Assembly: GCA_934490165.1 (NCBI GenBank) | Contig: CAKSTB010000008.1 | Coordinates: forward strand, 3,095-67,094 | Reading direction: 5' to 3' | Length of the DNA: 64,000 bases | Source: an uncultured Ruminiclostridium sp. | GTDB taxonomy: Bacteria > Bacillota > Clostridia > Oscillospirales > Ruminococcaceae | In this document: positions 56,435 to 64,000 of the stretch, one piece after another | Layout: each line of letters starts with the position of its first letter | Numbering within the stretch: the first letter of the stretch is position 1 | The notes under the pieces: model-generated | Told to the model about the DNA's origin: nothing | Seen by the model: the letters and a program-made list of their open reading frames with translations, nothing else | The model's database searches: none | Program-made: the position numbers and the translations under genes

Positions 56435-56686
56435 TTACTTTCTTCCGAAAAGTCCTTTCTTCTCGTAAGGCTCGCTTGATATGCCTTTGAGCTCATAGCC
56501 GGTTGGCTGTAAGACTTCCTTGATTTTGGCTTCGGGAAGCGCTTCTTCGCTGATTATCACGGTTTCGCCCTTGGAGTGGGAAGAGGTCACCTTCTTCACC
56601 TGAAAAGCGCCTCTGATAGCGTCATTTACGTGCGATTCGCACATTCCGCACATCATTCCGTCGATCTTAAGTGTTGTCTTTACCAT
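56435..56686 (-). CDS. copZ: Heavy-metal-associated (HMA) domain copper chaperone-like protein.
   Basis: 83 aa with a GMMCGMCESHV metal-binding loop, directly downstream of copA. Confidence 0.8.
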   Translation of the reverse strand: MVKTTLKIDGMMCGMCESHVNDAIRGAFQVKKVTSSHSKGETVIISEEALPEAKIKEVLQPTGYELKGISSEPYEKKGLFGRK

Positions 56687-56700
56687 TGTAAATTCCTCCG

Positions 56701-59229
56701 TTACTTTATTGATATTACTTTATAGCCGCTGTTTTCAACGGCTTTTTTAAGCTGTTTGTCGGGGATTTCGCCCGAAAGCTCCGCCACGGCGATGCCGTCT
56801 GTATGGCTTGCTTTGGCAGATATTACCTGTGGTATTGCTTCAAGTGCGGTCTTGACATGATGCTCGCACTTCTCGCACATCATACCTTTTATCCTGATCG
56901 TTCTGGTAATATTTGTGTTATTTTTGGTTTGTACCACCGGTACGTTTTGGTATACTATCGGTTTTGCCTTCCTATCATGCTTTGTACTGTAAATCTTACA
57001 GAAATTAAGTCTTAGTGCATTTGAAACAACGCAGAAGCTTGACAAGCTCATAGCCGCCGCACCGAACATGGGATTAAGTGTAAGTCCGAGTGAAACGAAC
57101 ACACCTGCGGCAAGAGGTATGCCGATGATGTTATAGATAAATGCCCAGAACAGATTTTCGTGAATATTACGCAATGACGCGCGGGAAAGTCTTATTGCCG
57201 CGGGTACATCGGAGAGCCTGCTCTTCATTAGTACGACATCTGCCGCATCTATCGCTACGTCTGTTCCTGCGCCTATGGCGATACCGGTATCTGCGGCGGT
57301 GAGTGCGGGGGCATCGTTTATGCCGTCACCGACCATAGCGACCTTACCCTGAGCCTTAAGCGAGCGGATAACCGCTTCCTTGCCGTCCGGGAGAACACCT
57401 GCGATGACCTCGTCAACGCCTGCCTTGTCACCGATAGCCCTTGCGGTGCGCTCGTTGTCGCCTGTAAGCATAACTACCTTTATACCCATATTTCTGAGCT
57501 GACGTATAGCCTCGGGGCTGTCTTCCTTTATCGTATCGGCTACCGCGATCATACCGAGTGCCCTGCCGTTTCGGCTGAACAGGAGCGGGGTCTTACCCTC
57601 GTTTGAAAGGCGCTCCGCTTCGGCGGTTATTGTATCTGAAAGCTCGGTATTACTGCCGATGAACTTAAGGCTTCCGCCGTAGAGGGTTTCGCCGGAAACC
57701 GTTGCGGTAAGTCCGTTGCCGCTGAGCACCTTAAAATTCTCAACGTTCTGCGCTGTTATGCCGTGCTCACTGCCATATACGTTTATTGCCTTAGCAAGCG
57801 GGTGCTCGCTCTTGGCTTCAAGCGATACCGCAAGGCTCAGAAGCTCGCTTTCGGTCACATTCTCCGCGGGGATAATATCCGTTACCTGAGGTTCGCCCTT
57901 TGTGATAGTTCCTGTCTTGTCGAGGGCTACTATCTGTGTTTTACCCGCCTGCTCAAGTGAAACGGCGGTCTTGAACAGAATGCCGTTCTTTGCGCCGACA
58001 CCGTTTCCGACCATGACCGCAACGGGGGTCGCAAGACCGAGTGCGCACGGACAGCTTATTACCAGCACAGAAATTCCTCTTGCAAGGGCGTATGCAAAAT
58101 CCTGACCGAGGAGCAGCCATACTATCATTGTAATTATTGAAATTGTGATAACGGCAGGTACGAATATACCCGATACCTTGTCGGCTATCTTTGCGATAGG
58201 CGCTTTGGTAGCCGCCGCATCGCTCACCATTTTGATGATCTGCGACAGGGTCGTATCCTCGCCGACCCTTGATGCCTTACAGGTGATGAAGCCTGTCTGA
58301 TTTATCGTTGCCGCCGAAACATTGTCACCGACTGTCTTATCAACGGGAATGCTCTCGCCTGTCAGAGCCGACTCGTTGACTGCGCTTTCGCCGTCTGTCA
58401 CGACACCGTCAACGGGTATGCTCTCACCCGGTCGTACTACAAAGATATCGTCCTTTACAACATCTTCTGCGGGGATAGTCTGCTCTACACCGTTCCGTAT
58501 TACATTTGCGGTTTTGGGGGCGAGCTTCATAAGACCTTTGAGCGCGTCGGTGGTTTTGCCCTTCGAGCGTGCTTCAAGCATCTTGCCGACTGTGATAAGC
58601 GTTAAAATCATAGCCGCGGACTCAAAATAGAACTCGTCCATATACATCATTACAGCGTCCGCGTTGCCGTGAAGCTGTGCGTCCGTCATCATAAACAGGG
58701 CGTACACGCTCCAAACAAATGATGCACCCGAGCCGAGCGCAACGAGCGTATCCATATTCGGAGAACGGTTGATAAAGCCCTTGAAGCCGTTTACAAAGAA
58801 CTTGCTGTTTATAACCATTATAATGCCGCTGAGAAGCAACTGTACAAGTCCCATAGCCACATGGTTTCCGTCAAACCATGACGGGAGCGGAAATCCCCAC
58901 ATCATATGTCCCATCGAGAAGTACATCAGTATCACAAGGAATATGACGGAGGCTATAAGCCTTTTGCGGAGCTTAGGCGTTTCTGTATCACGCAGTGAAT
59001 CGGCACTATTATCCGATTTCTTTGTGCCTGCGCCTTTAAGCTTTGCGCCATAGCCCGCTTTTTCCACAGCGGAAATTATATCCTGCGGTGACGCTGTGCC
59101 CTCAACGCCCATTGAATTTGTCAGCAGGCTGACAGAGCACGAGGTAACGCCTTTTACCTTTGTTACCGCCTTTTCTACTCTTGCACTGCAAGCGGCACAG
59201 CTCATGCCTGTGACATCATATTGTTCCAT
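56701..59229 (-). CDS. copA: Copper-translocating P1B-type ATPase with both N-terminal and C-terminal HMA domains.
   Basis: N-terminal [16 protein letters not shown] motif ([11 protein letters not shown]). [16 protein letters not shown]-terminal extra HMA: [13 protein letters not shown]. Confidence 0.93.
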   Translation of the reverse strand: MEQYDVTGMSCAACSARVEKAVTKVKGVTSCSVSLLTNSMGVEGTASPQDIISAVEKAGYGAKLKGAGTKKSDNSADSLRDTETPKLRKRLIASVIFLVILMYFSMGHMMWGFPLPSWFDGNHVAMGLVQLLLSGIIMVINSKFFVNGFKGFINRSPNMDTLVALGSGASFVWSVYALFMMTDAQLHGNADAVMMYMDEFYFESAAMILTLITVGKMLEARSKGKTTDALKGLMKLAPKTANVIRNGVEQTIPAEDVVKDDIFVVRPGESIPVDGVVTDGESAVNESALTGESIPVDKTVGDNVSAATINQTGFITCKASRVGEDTTLSQIIKMVSDAAATKAPIAKIADKVSGIFVPAVITISIITMIVWLLLGQDFAYALARGISVLVISCPCALGLATPVAVMVGNGVGAKNGILFKTAVSLEQAGKTQIVALDKTGTITKGEPQVTDIIPAENVTESELLSLAVSLEAKSEHPLAKAINVYGSEHGITAQNVENFKVLSGNGLTATVSGETLYGGSLKFIGSNTELSDTITAEAERLSNEGKTPLLFSRNGRALGMIAVADTIKEDSPEAIRQLRNMGIKVVMLTGDNERTARAIGDKAGVDEVIAGVLPDGKEAVIRSLKAQGKVAMVGDGINDAPALTAADTGIAIGAGTDVAIDAADVVLMKSRLSDVPAAIRLSRASLRNIHENLFWAFIYNIIGIPLAAGVFVSLGLTLNPMFGAAAMSLSSFCVVSNALRLNFCKIYSTKHDRKAKPIVYQNVPVVQTKNNTNITRTIRIKGMMCEKCEHHVKTALEAIPQVISAKASHTDGIAVAELSGEIPDKQLKKAVENSGYKVISIK

Positions 59230-59278
59230 TTTGATCCTCTTTTCCTTTGTTTTATCTGTATATTATGTCCGTTTTACG

Positions 59279-59602
59279 TTACTTCATCAGCTTTTGCAGA
59301 GTTGCAACAAGCTCGTCTATGACCTCGTCCTTACCCTCTCTGATATCCCGTGCGACACAGCCGCGTATATGGCTTGCGAGAAGCTCTTTATTAAAGGCGT
59401 TCATTGCGGCATTGACTGCGGCAGACTGGATAAGCACATCGTTGCAATATGCGTCATTTTCGATCATAGCTTCAATGCCGCGTACCTGACCCTCAATGCG
59501 CTTAAGGCGGTTCAGAAGAGCCTTTCTGTGCTTTTCGTCCCTGACTGTATGCTTCTGACAGCACGGACAGACTTTTTTTACGGTTGTTTTATTTTCACTC
59601 AT
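59279..59602 (-). CDS. csoR: CsoR-family copper-sensing repressor.
   Basis: I place the start at ATG 59602 (MSENKTTVKKVCPCC...). Core: LLNRLKRIEGQVRGIEAMIENDAYCNDVLIQSAAVNAAMN, with the C-H-C ligand pattern. The 58-codon upstream extension of the listed ORF covers the promoter and operators. Confidence 0.88.
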   Translation of the reverse strand: MSENKTTVKKVCPCCQKHTVRDEKHRKALLNRLKRIEGQVRGIEAMIENDAYCNDVLIQSAAVNAAMNAFNKELLASHIRGCVARDIREGKDEVIDELVATLQKLMK

Positions 59603-59636
59603 AGCATTACCTCTGAATTTGAATTGTGGTTTCAAT

Positions 59637-59686
59637 ATACCCTCACGGGGTATTTTTATTATATACCCCCTTAGGGTATTTGTCAA
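59637..59686 (-). promoter_or_regulatory. cop operon promoter with two CsoR-type operators.
   Basis: Minus strand: TTGACA (59686-59681), 17 nt, TATAAT (59663-59658). Operator 2, ATACCC-CCTTA-GGGTAT (59663-59679), fills the spacer. Operator 1, ATACCC-TCACG-GGGTAT (59637-59653), sits at about +1. The GC-rich ATACCC...GGGTAT dyad matches the CsoR operators I recall from Bacillus and Listeria. Confidence 0.75.
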
Positions 59687-59728
59687 GAGTTTTTTAAAAA
59701 ACAAAAAAATGTTGCGCCGCACTGTGAC

Positions 59729-59854
59729 AGCTCCCTTTACACAAGGGAGCCAAGTATTGTGTTGGCTATAAAACACACAAACGATTGTGTTTCAAATCCC
59801 GTTATAAACGGAAACTGTTTTCAGCGGTGCTAGCGATACATTCTATTATACTGC
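59729..59854 (+). repeat. Repeat family U, copy 1. This is the short form, lacking the ~129-nt 'ext' segment.
   Basis: AGCTCCCTTTACACAAGGGAGCCAAGTATTGTGTTGGCTATAAAACACACAAACGATTGTGTTTCAAATCCCGTTATAAACGG, joined directly to AAACTGTTTTCAGCGGTG...TATACTGC. It aligns with 60125-60209 plus 60339-60378. Confidence 0.85.
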
Positions 59855-60124
59855 CGCATTCTTAAATATGCTCTAACAATTTAATAAAAAACTACACGCT
59901 ACGCCAAGCACTGATTTTTAGCTCCCTTGCCAAAGGGAGCTGGCTTGCGGCAAGGCTTGCTTGTTTTCAATACAATCATATTCAGCGATGCTTACACCGT
60001 TCATATTACACATACCTTATCTGCCGTCAAGACTGAGGGATCGCTTGCTATTAACTTTTTCGCTTCTGCCATCACCTCCGCTAACAATCCCTCAAGAGTT
60101 GGCTGAGTTTAACTCAGCAACAGA

Positions 60125-60378
60125 AGCTCACCTTTACACAAGGGAGCCAAGTATTGTGTTGGCGATAAGACACACAAACGATTGAGTTTCAAGTCCCGTT
60201 ATAAGCGGGTCGCTGACGCTCACTTAGTCCCATTTTAGTACAGATATCTTAGGATAGTAGCGTTCTTTTTTGATAGTCGGTGATAATGCAGTTGCACTGA
60301 TACACTCACGAAATAATTAACACCTTGTCGGTGCGGATATGTTTTCAGCGGTGTTGGCTGTATGTTTCATAATACTGC
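60125..60378 (+). repeat. Repeat family U, copy 2. This is the long form and the left arm of foldback unit Y.
   Basis: Same core as copy 1, plus 'ext' (about 60210-60338). The reverse complement of 60681-60897 aligns along the core, ext and the TGTTTTCAGCGGTG tail. Confidence 0.85.
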
Positions 60379-60426
60379 TTTATCGGGAATGTGCTGTAAT
60401 GAGAATTATTGCTATATATAAAAGGT

Positions 60427-60569
60427 GGGGTGTGACGCGACCCGAAAAAGGTGAGTCGAAGCGCAAAGATAGTGCGTACGGCTCACTTTGATAGAAGGCT
60501 ACCGATAGTTCTTTTTGTCGGATAGCACTTCTCGGGTTCGCTATTCTGTGCGATAACGTTGCTACTATG
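60427..60569 (+). repeat. Repeat family B, copy 1, the structured core inside unit Y.
   Basis: Aligns with the reverse complement of 61019-61231. Contains the hairpin GTGAGTCG...CGGCTCAC (60451-60486), enclosed by ACCCGA (60440-60445) / TCGGGT (60532-60537). Confidence 0.8.
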
Positions 60570-60680
60570 TTCGAGGGAGGCAACCAAAGCTACTAGGAAG
60601 AGCCTGGAACTGTGACACAATTCCTCAGTTTATCAAATTACATTAAAATTGCAATGTAATATATTGTAAAAATGTCAAAA

Positions 60681-60897
60681 CAATAAATATATCACCAACA
60701 ACGCTGAAAACAATTTCGGAGCGGATAAGGAGTTAGTAATTTCGTGAGTGTATCATTACAACTGCACTGTCACCGAAATTTCCAAAAGACGTACTATCCC
60801 AAGATATCTGTACAGTCCCCCGGGTCGAACAGAGCGGAGCGTCCCGCTTATACCGACTTTTTAAACACAATCGTTTGTGTATCTTATTGCCAACACC
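60681..60897 (-). repeat. Repeat family U, copy 3. Long form, inverted, the right arm of foldback unit Y.
   Basis: The reverse complement reads GGTGTTGGCAATAAGATACACAAACGATTGTGTTTAAAAAGTCGGTATAAGCGGGACGCT...GTACAGATATCTTGGGATAGTA...GATACACTCACGAAAT...AAATTGTTTTCAGCGTTGTTGG, colinear with copy 2. It lacks the 5' AGCTCCC hairpin. Confidence 0.85.
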
Positions 60898-60960
60898 CCA
60901 TTATGGCAGAAGAGATGAGGAGTCAGGAAAGTGGGAGCGCGAGGGAGAAAACCTAAGGGG
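60898..60960 (-). repeat. Repeat family D, inverted copy, the left arm of foldback unit X.
   Basis: The reverse complement CCCCTTAGGTTTTCTCCC...CTTTCCTGACTCCTCATCTCTTCTGCCATAATGG aligns with 61235-61337, which carries an extra internal segment of roughly 40 nt. Confidence 0.8.
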
Positions 60961-61017
60961 AGAGGGGAAAGCGCCTTTGGAGCGCCTTCCTCTCTCCCCT
61001 TGGGTTGTCTCCCTCGC
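60939..61017. repeat. 79-nt imperfect hairpin C.
   Basis: Outer stem GCGAGGGAGA (60939-60948) / TCTCCCTCGC (61008-61017). Inner stem AAGGGGAGAG.../...CTCTCCCCTT. Its left arm overlaps D. Confidence 0.8.
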
Positions 61018-61018
61018 A

Positions 61019-61231
61019 CATAGCAGCAACGTTATTAAATAGAATAGCGAACCCGAAAAGTGCTGTCCCGCAAAAGGCACTATCGGTAGCCTGCTATCAT
61101 TGTTAATTACTAAAACGTTATAACAGAAGTACACAAAAACAGACTTTCTCAACATATCAAAAAAGTGAGCCGAGCGCACTATTTTTAGCGCTTCGACTCA
61201 CTTTTTCTTTTCCGGGCTGTGACACAGCCCC
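61019..61231 (-). repeat. Repeat family B, copy 2. Inverted, inside unit X, with an extra internal segment of about 65-70 nt.
   Basis: The reverse complement is colinear with 60427-60569. The core hairpin GTGAGCCGAGCGC...GCGCTTCGACTCAC (61165-61201) is flanked by an A-run and a T-run, so it looks like a bidirectional terminator. Confidence 0.8.
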
Positions 61232-61234
61232 GTA

Positions 61235-61337
61235 CCCTTAGGTTTCCTCCCAAATCAGTTATTCCTCTGGAGCGACGAGAGGAGCGGGAGCATTGCTTTT
61301 GCCGCTTTCCTGACTCCTCACCTCTTCTACCATATAG
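61235..61337 (+). repeat. Repeat family D, direct copy, the right arm of foldback unit X.
   Basis: CCCTTAGGTTTCCTCCC...CTTTCCTGACTCCTCACCTCTTCTACCATATAG. Confidence 0.8.
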
Positions 61338-61605
61338 AAACCTCCTTGACTTAATTATAGCATTTTATGGTTAATTTGTCAACTTTTTCACTTACAAATG
61401 TGCTGTTTGCACATAAACAGATAATAACGTTCAGTTACCCGAGAACATTTAAGCCGACCACACAATTATATATACAGCGCAATTTCTACTATATATCCAA
61501 AAACGCAAGGTCTGCAAAATGAAAAATCGTTAATATTTAAGCCGCGGATTTGTTGACTTGACGGCTTTATTGTGATAAAATTATTCTCGTAAAAGTCCGC
61601 AAACC

Positions 61606-61681
61606 GGTTAGCATTGTGCATTTTGGTTAGCGGTAGCTAATTGAGTTAGGTTTATGTAATTTAGTTAGCGTTCACTAATCA
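61606..61681 (+). repeat. Four direct repeats with core RGTTAGS, spaced exactly 19 bp apart, upstream of the ABC transporter.
   Basis: GGTTAGC at 61606, GGTTAGC at 61625, AGTTAGG at 61644 and AGTTAGC at 61663. The rest of each 19-mer is degenerate. The last repeat ends about 50 nt upstream of ATG 61733. Confidence 0.8.
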
Positions 61682-61732
61682 AGCTATATCGGCGGACTGT
61701 GTGAACGAAGAATATGAAAGGAAAAATGTAAA

Positions 61733-62431
61733 ATGTTTCTTACTATCAAAGACATAAGAAAGCACTTTGGCGAGGGCGACAGCCGCGTTGAAGTTCTGAA
61801 CGGCATTGACGCAGAGATCGAAAAGGGTGAGATATGCGTTCTGCTCGGTCCGTCGGGCTCGGGCAAATCCACACTGCTTAATATCATAGGCGGCATCGAC
61901 AGTGCCGACAGCGGATATATCGCGATAAACGGCGAAAAGACAGCGGATATGAACGAGAAGAAGCTGACGCTGTATCGCAGAAAGCACCTCGGTTATATAT
62001 TCCAGCAGTACAACCTGATACCTAATCTGAATATCAAGGAAAATGTTGAGATCGGTGCATACTTAAGCGATAATCCGCTTGACACGGACGAGATACTGAA
62101 AACGCTCGGTCTGTATGAGCACCGTCACAAGCTCCCGAATCAGCTGTCGGGCGGTCAACAGCAGAGAACGGCTATCGGCAGAGCTATTATAAAGAACCCC
62201 GATATACTGCTGTGCGACGAGCCTACGGGTGCACTTGACTACAAGACATCAAAGGATATACTTAAGCTTATAAGCGATGTCAACAAGAAGTTCGGCAACA
62301 CTGTCGTAATGGTAACTCACAATGACGCTATCAAAAATATGGCGGACAGAGTAATCAAGCTGCGTGACGGTATGATAAGAAAGAACTATCTCAATGAGAA
62401 CAAGATCGCCGCAGAAGATCTTGACTGGTAA
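61733..62431 (+). CDS. ABC transporter ATP-binding protein (MacB/LolD/FtsE-like).
   Basis: Walker A GPSGSGKST. Signature LSGGQQQR. Walker B ILLCDEPTGALD. 232 aa. Confidence 0.92.
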   Translation: MFLTIKDIRKHFGEGDSRVEVLNGIDAEIEKGEICVLLGPSGSGKSTLLNIIGGIDSADSGYIAINGEKTADMNEKKLTLYRRKHLGYIFQQYNLIPNLNIKENVEIGAYLSDNPLDTDEILKTLGLYEHRHKLPNQLSGGQQQRTAIGRAIIKNPDILLCDEPTGALDYKTSKDILKLISDVNKKFGNTVVMVTHNDAIKNMADRVIKLRDGMIRKNYLNENKIAAEDLDW

Positions 62432-62442
62432 GGGGGATAACG

Positions 62443-64000
62443 ATGAGAAATCCTCTTGTTAAACGTCTGCCGAGCGAATTTAAAAACGAGCTTGGTAAGT
62501 ACATAGTTATCTTCTTATTTATGGTTCTTTCCGTGTCGTTTGTATCGGGCTGGAACGTTGCGGGCGGCAGTATGGCTACCGCATATGATGAGAGCTTTGA
62601 AAAGTACAGCATCGAGGACGGTAACTTTGAACTGTACGCTAAGGCTGACGATAAGCTTTTAAAGGCAGTAGAAGACAGCGATAAGTATGACGCGAAGATA
62701 TACGAGAACTTCTATGTTGAATTTCCGACCAAGGAAGTTGACAGTACACTGCGTATATTCAAAAAGCGTGCCGATATCAACCTTGAGTGCCTTATGGACG
62801 GTGAATTTCCGTCAAGCGACACTGAAATAGCTATCGACAGAATGTATGCCGATAACAACAGTCTTAAGACAGGCGACAAGCTGACACTTCACGGCAAGGA
62901 ATACAAGATATGCGGACTGGTCGCTCTATCGGATTACAGTGCACTGTTTTCAAGCCCGTCTGATATGATGTTCGACTCTATCAAGTTCGGTGTTGCCATT
63001 GTAACACCCGATACATTCAAGGAGTATCCCGAGGACAAGATCCACTATGTTTACTCGTGGAAATATGCCGAGCGTCCCGCAGACGATGCAAAGGCAAAGG
63101 TACTGTCCGAGGACTTCCTTGATAAGCTGTCCGAGGAAGCGCCTAAATATATGAATGCGGTTACGGGCTACATTCCCGAATACACAAACCAGGCTATCTT
63201 ATTCACCGGTGACGATATAAAGGGCGATACGACCTTTATACAGATGTTTCTTTATATAATCGTGGTTATCATCGCATTCATCTTTGCAATAACGACTTCA
63301 AACACGATCGCAAGGGAAGCAGGCGTTATAGGTACGCTCCGTGCGACAGGCTATACACGGTGGGAGATAGTACGGCACTATCTGGCGCTCCCGATGCTTG
63401 TAGTATTCTTAGGTGCGGCAGTCGGAAATGTGCTCGGATATACATTCCTCAAGGACTATGCGGCAAGTGCATATTACGGAAGCTACAGCCTGCCGACATA
63501 TGTAACGCTGTGGAATCCGCAGGCATTTATAAATACAACGATAATCCCGATCATAATCGTATTTATTATTGACCTTGTAATGCTGACAAGAAAGCTCAGC
63601 CTTTCACCTCTTCAGTTTATCCGTCATGACCTTTCGAGAAGAAAGAAGAAAAAGGCGTTCAGGCTGAACACGAAGATCGGCATTATGAAGCGTTTCAGGC
63701 TGCGTGTGCTGTTTCAGAATATGCCGAACTATATTATAATGATCATAGGTGCACTGCTCGGAAACATTCTTGTGATGTTCGGACTTGTTTTAGGTCCTGT
63801 GCTCGACAGCTATCAGCAGGAGATAACGACCAATCTGCTTGCGGATCACCAGTATCTTCTGAAGGCTCAGGTCGAAACGGAAAACAAGGACGCTGAAAAG
63901 TTTTCCGCAACGACCCTCAAAACTATCGAGGGTACACTCAAAAGCGAGGAGATAACCGTTTACGGCATTGCTAAGGACAGCAAGTATGTCGATATTTCAC
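62443..64000 (+). CDS. ABC transporter permease with FtsX-like domains, 3' end outside the window. It is not in the supplied ORF track.
   Basis: ATG 62443 lies 5 nt after GGGGGATAA. I translated the frame by hand and found it open to the window end. Translation begins MRNPLVKRLPSELKNELGKYIVIFLFMVLSVSFVSG. A large extracytoplasmic loop is followed by the FtsX-type segment TSNTIAREAGVIGTLRATGYTRWEIVRHYLALPMLVVFLGAAVGNVLGY. Confidence 0.85.
   Translation, partial: MRNPLVKRLPSEFKNELGKYIVIFLFMVLSVSFVSGWNVAGGSMATAYDESFEKYSIEDGNFELYAKADDKLLKAVEDSDKYDAKIYENFYVEFPTKEVDSTLRIFKKRADINLECLMDGEFPSSDTEIAIDRMYADNNSLKTGDKLTLHGKEYKICGLVALSDYSALFSSPSDMMFDSIKFGVAIVTPDTFKEYPEDKIHYVYSWKYAERPADDAKAKVLSEDFLDKLSEEAPKYMNAVTGYIPEYTNQAILFTGDDIKGDTTFIQMFLYIIVVIIAFIFAITTSNTIAREAGVIGTLRATGYTRWEIVRHYLALPMLVVFLGAAVGNVLGYTFLKDYAASAYYGSYSLPTYVTLWNPQAFINTTIIPIIIVFIIDLVMLTRKLSLSPLQFIRHDLSRRKKKKAFRLNTKIGIMKRFRLRVLFQNMPNYIIMIIGALLGNILVMFGLVLGPVLDSYQQEITTNLLADHQYLLKAQVETENKDAEKFSATTLKTIEGTLKSEEITVYGIAKDSKYVDIS

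Noticed and set aside
59603-59776. Upstream extension of the csoR ORF.
   Set aside because: It covers the promoter and both CsoR operators. ATG 59602 gives a typical ~107-aa CsoR.
59790-59815. CRISPR-repeat-like string GTTTCAAATCCCGTTATAAACGGAAAC in module U.
   Set aside because: There are only three copies, at irregular distances (about 395 nt apart, and one inverted), embedded in longer homologous blocks. There are no spacer periodicity and no cas genes, so this is not a CRISPR array.
60451-60486. Resemblance of the module B hairpin (…GTGCGTACGGCTCAC) to group II intron domain V.
   Set aside because: The stem lengths, the bulge position and the 7-nt loop (not GNRA) do not fit domain V. 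There are no 5' GUGYG, no other intron domains and no RT ORF nearby.
59961-61179. ORFs 59961-60185 (+), 60380-60583 (-), 60744-60956 (+) and 60901-61179 (-) in the mosaic region.
   Set aside because: They have biased, non-protein-like compositions. Where a paralogous DNA copy exists, the frame is broken by indels that are not multiples of three: 60744-60956 versus the reverse complement of 60210-60330 stays in frame for only about 11 codons. The AAGGAG upstream of 60744 is not conserved in the other copy (AAGGTG).

Overview
This 64-kb window looks like chromosomal DNA from a Firmicute with Clostridia-like gene content; the species cannot be determined from the sequence alone. No transposase, integrase, phage, CRISPR-Cas or rRNA genes are visible.

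Main content, in order:
- The 3' 6.3 kb of a giant surface protein whose stalk has 11 collagen-like/beta-module repeats.
- A decayed MerR-type gene, then a translationally coupled secreted-protein/lipoprotein pair.
- Two identical tRNA-Leu(GAG) genes in inverted orientation (10.3 kb and 40.9 kb), bracketing about 30.4 kb.
- ssrA (tmRNA), followed by a direct repeat of its own 3' end that encloses one small gene.
- feoAB, Fic plus GNAT, an ECF sigma/anti-sigma pair, an MCP, nrdG, a Fur-family regulator and an AgrC/LytTR-type two-component pair.
- A c-di-GMP phosphorelay operon and a domain-permuted paralogue of it about 13 kb away.
- smpB, gdhA, a GH2 glycosidase, an NlpC/P60 hydrolase, a dxs-like gene, nadA and two cyclophilin lipoproteins.
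- A csoR-copA-copZ copper operon and an ABC transporter that runs off the 3' end.

Findings worth a second look:
1. A 1.6-kb ORF-free mosaic (59.7-61.3 kb) built from at least four diverged repeat families. These are arranged as two adjacent foldback-type units, each carrying the same structured 'B' core.
2. An identical MerR-type 19-bp-spacer promoter/operator placed in front of two unrelated genes 35 kb apart.
3. The inverted tRNA-Leu repeats, which would restore smpB-ssrA proximity if the segment between them were inverted.
4. Four RGTTAGS direct repeats spaced exactly 19 bp apart upstream of the ABC transporter.
5. An 18-nt tandem mini-hairpin array next to the second tRNA-Leu.

All functional calls rest on motifs read from the translations and on family knowledge recalled from memory. 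No database search was run.
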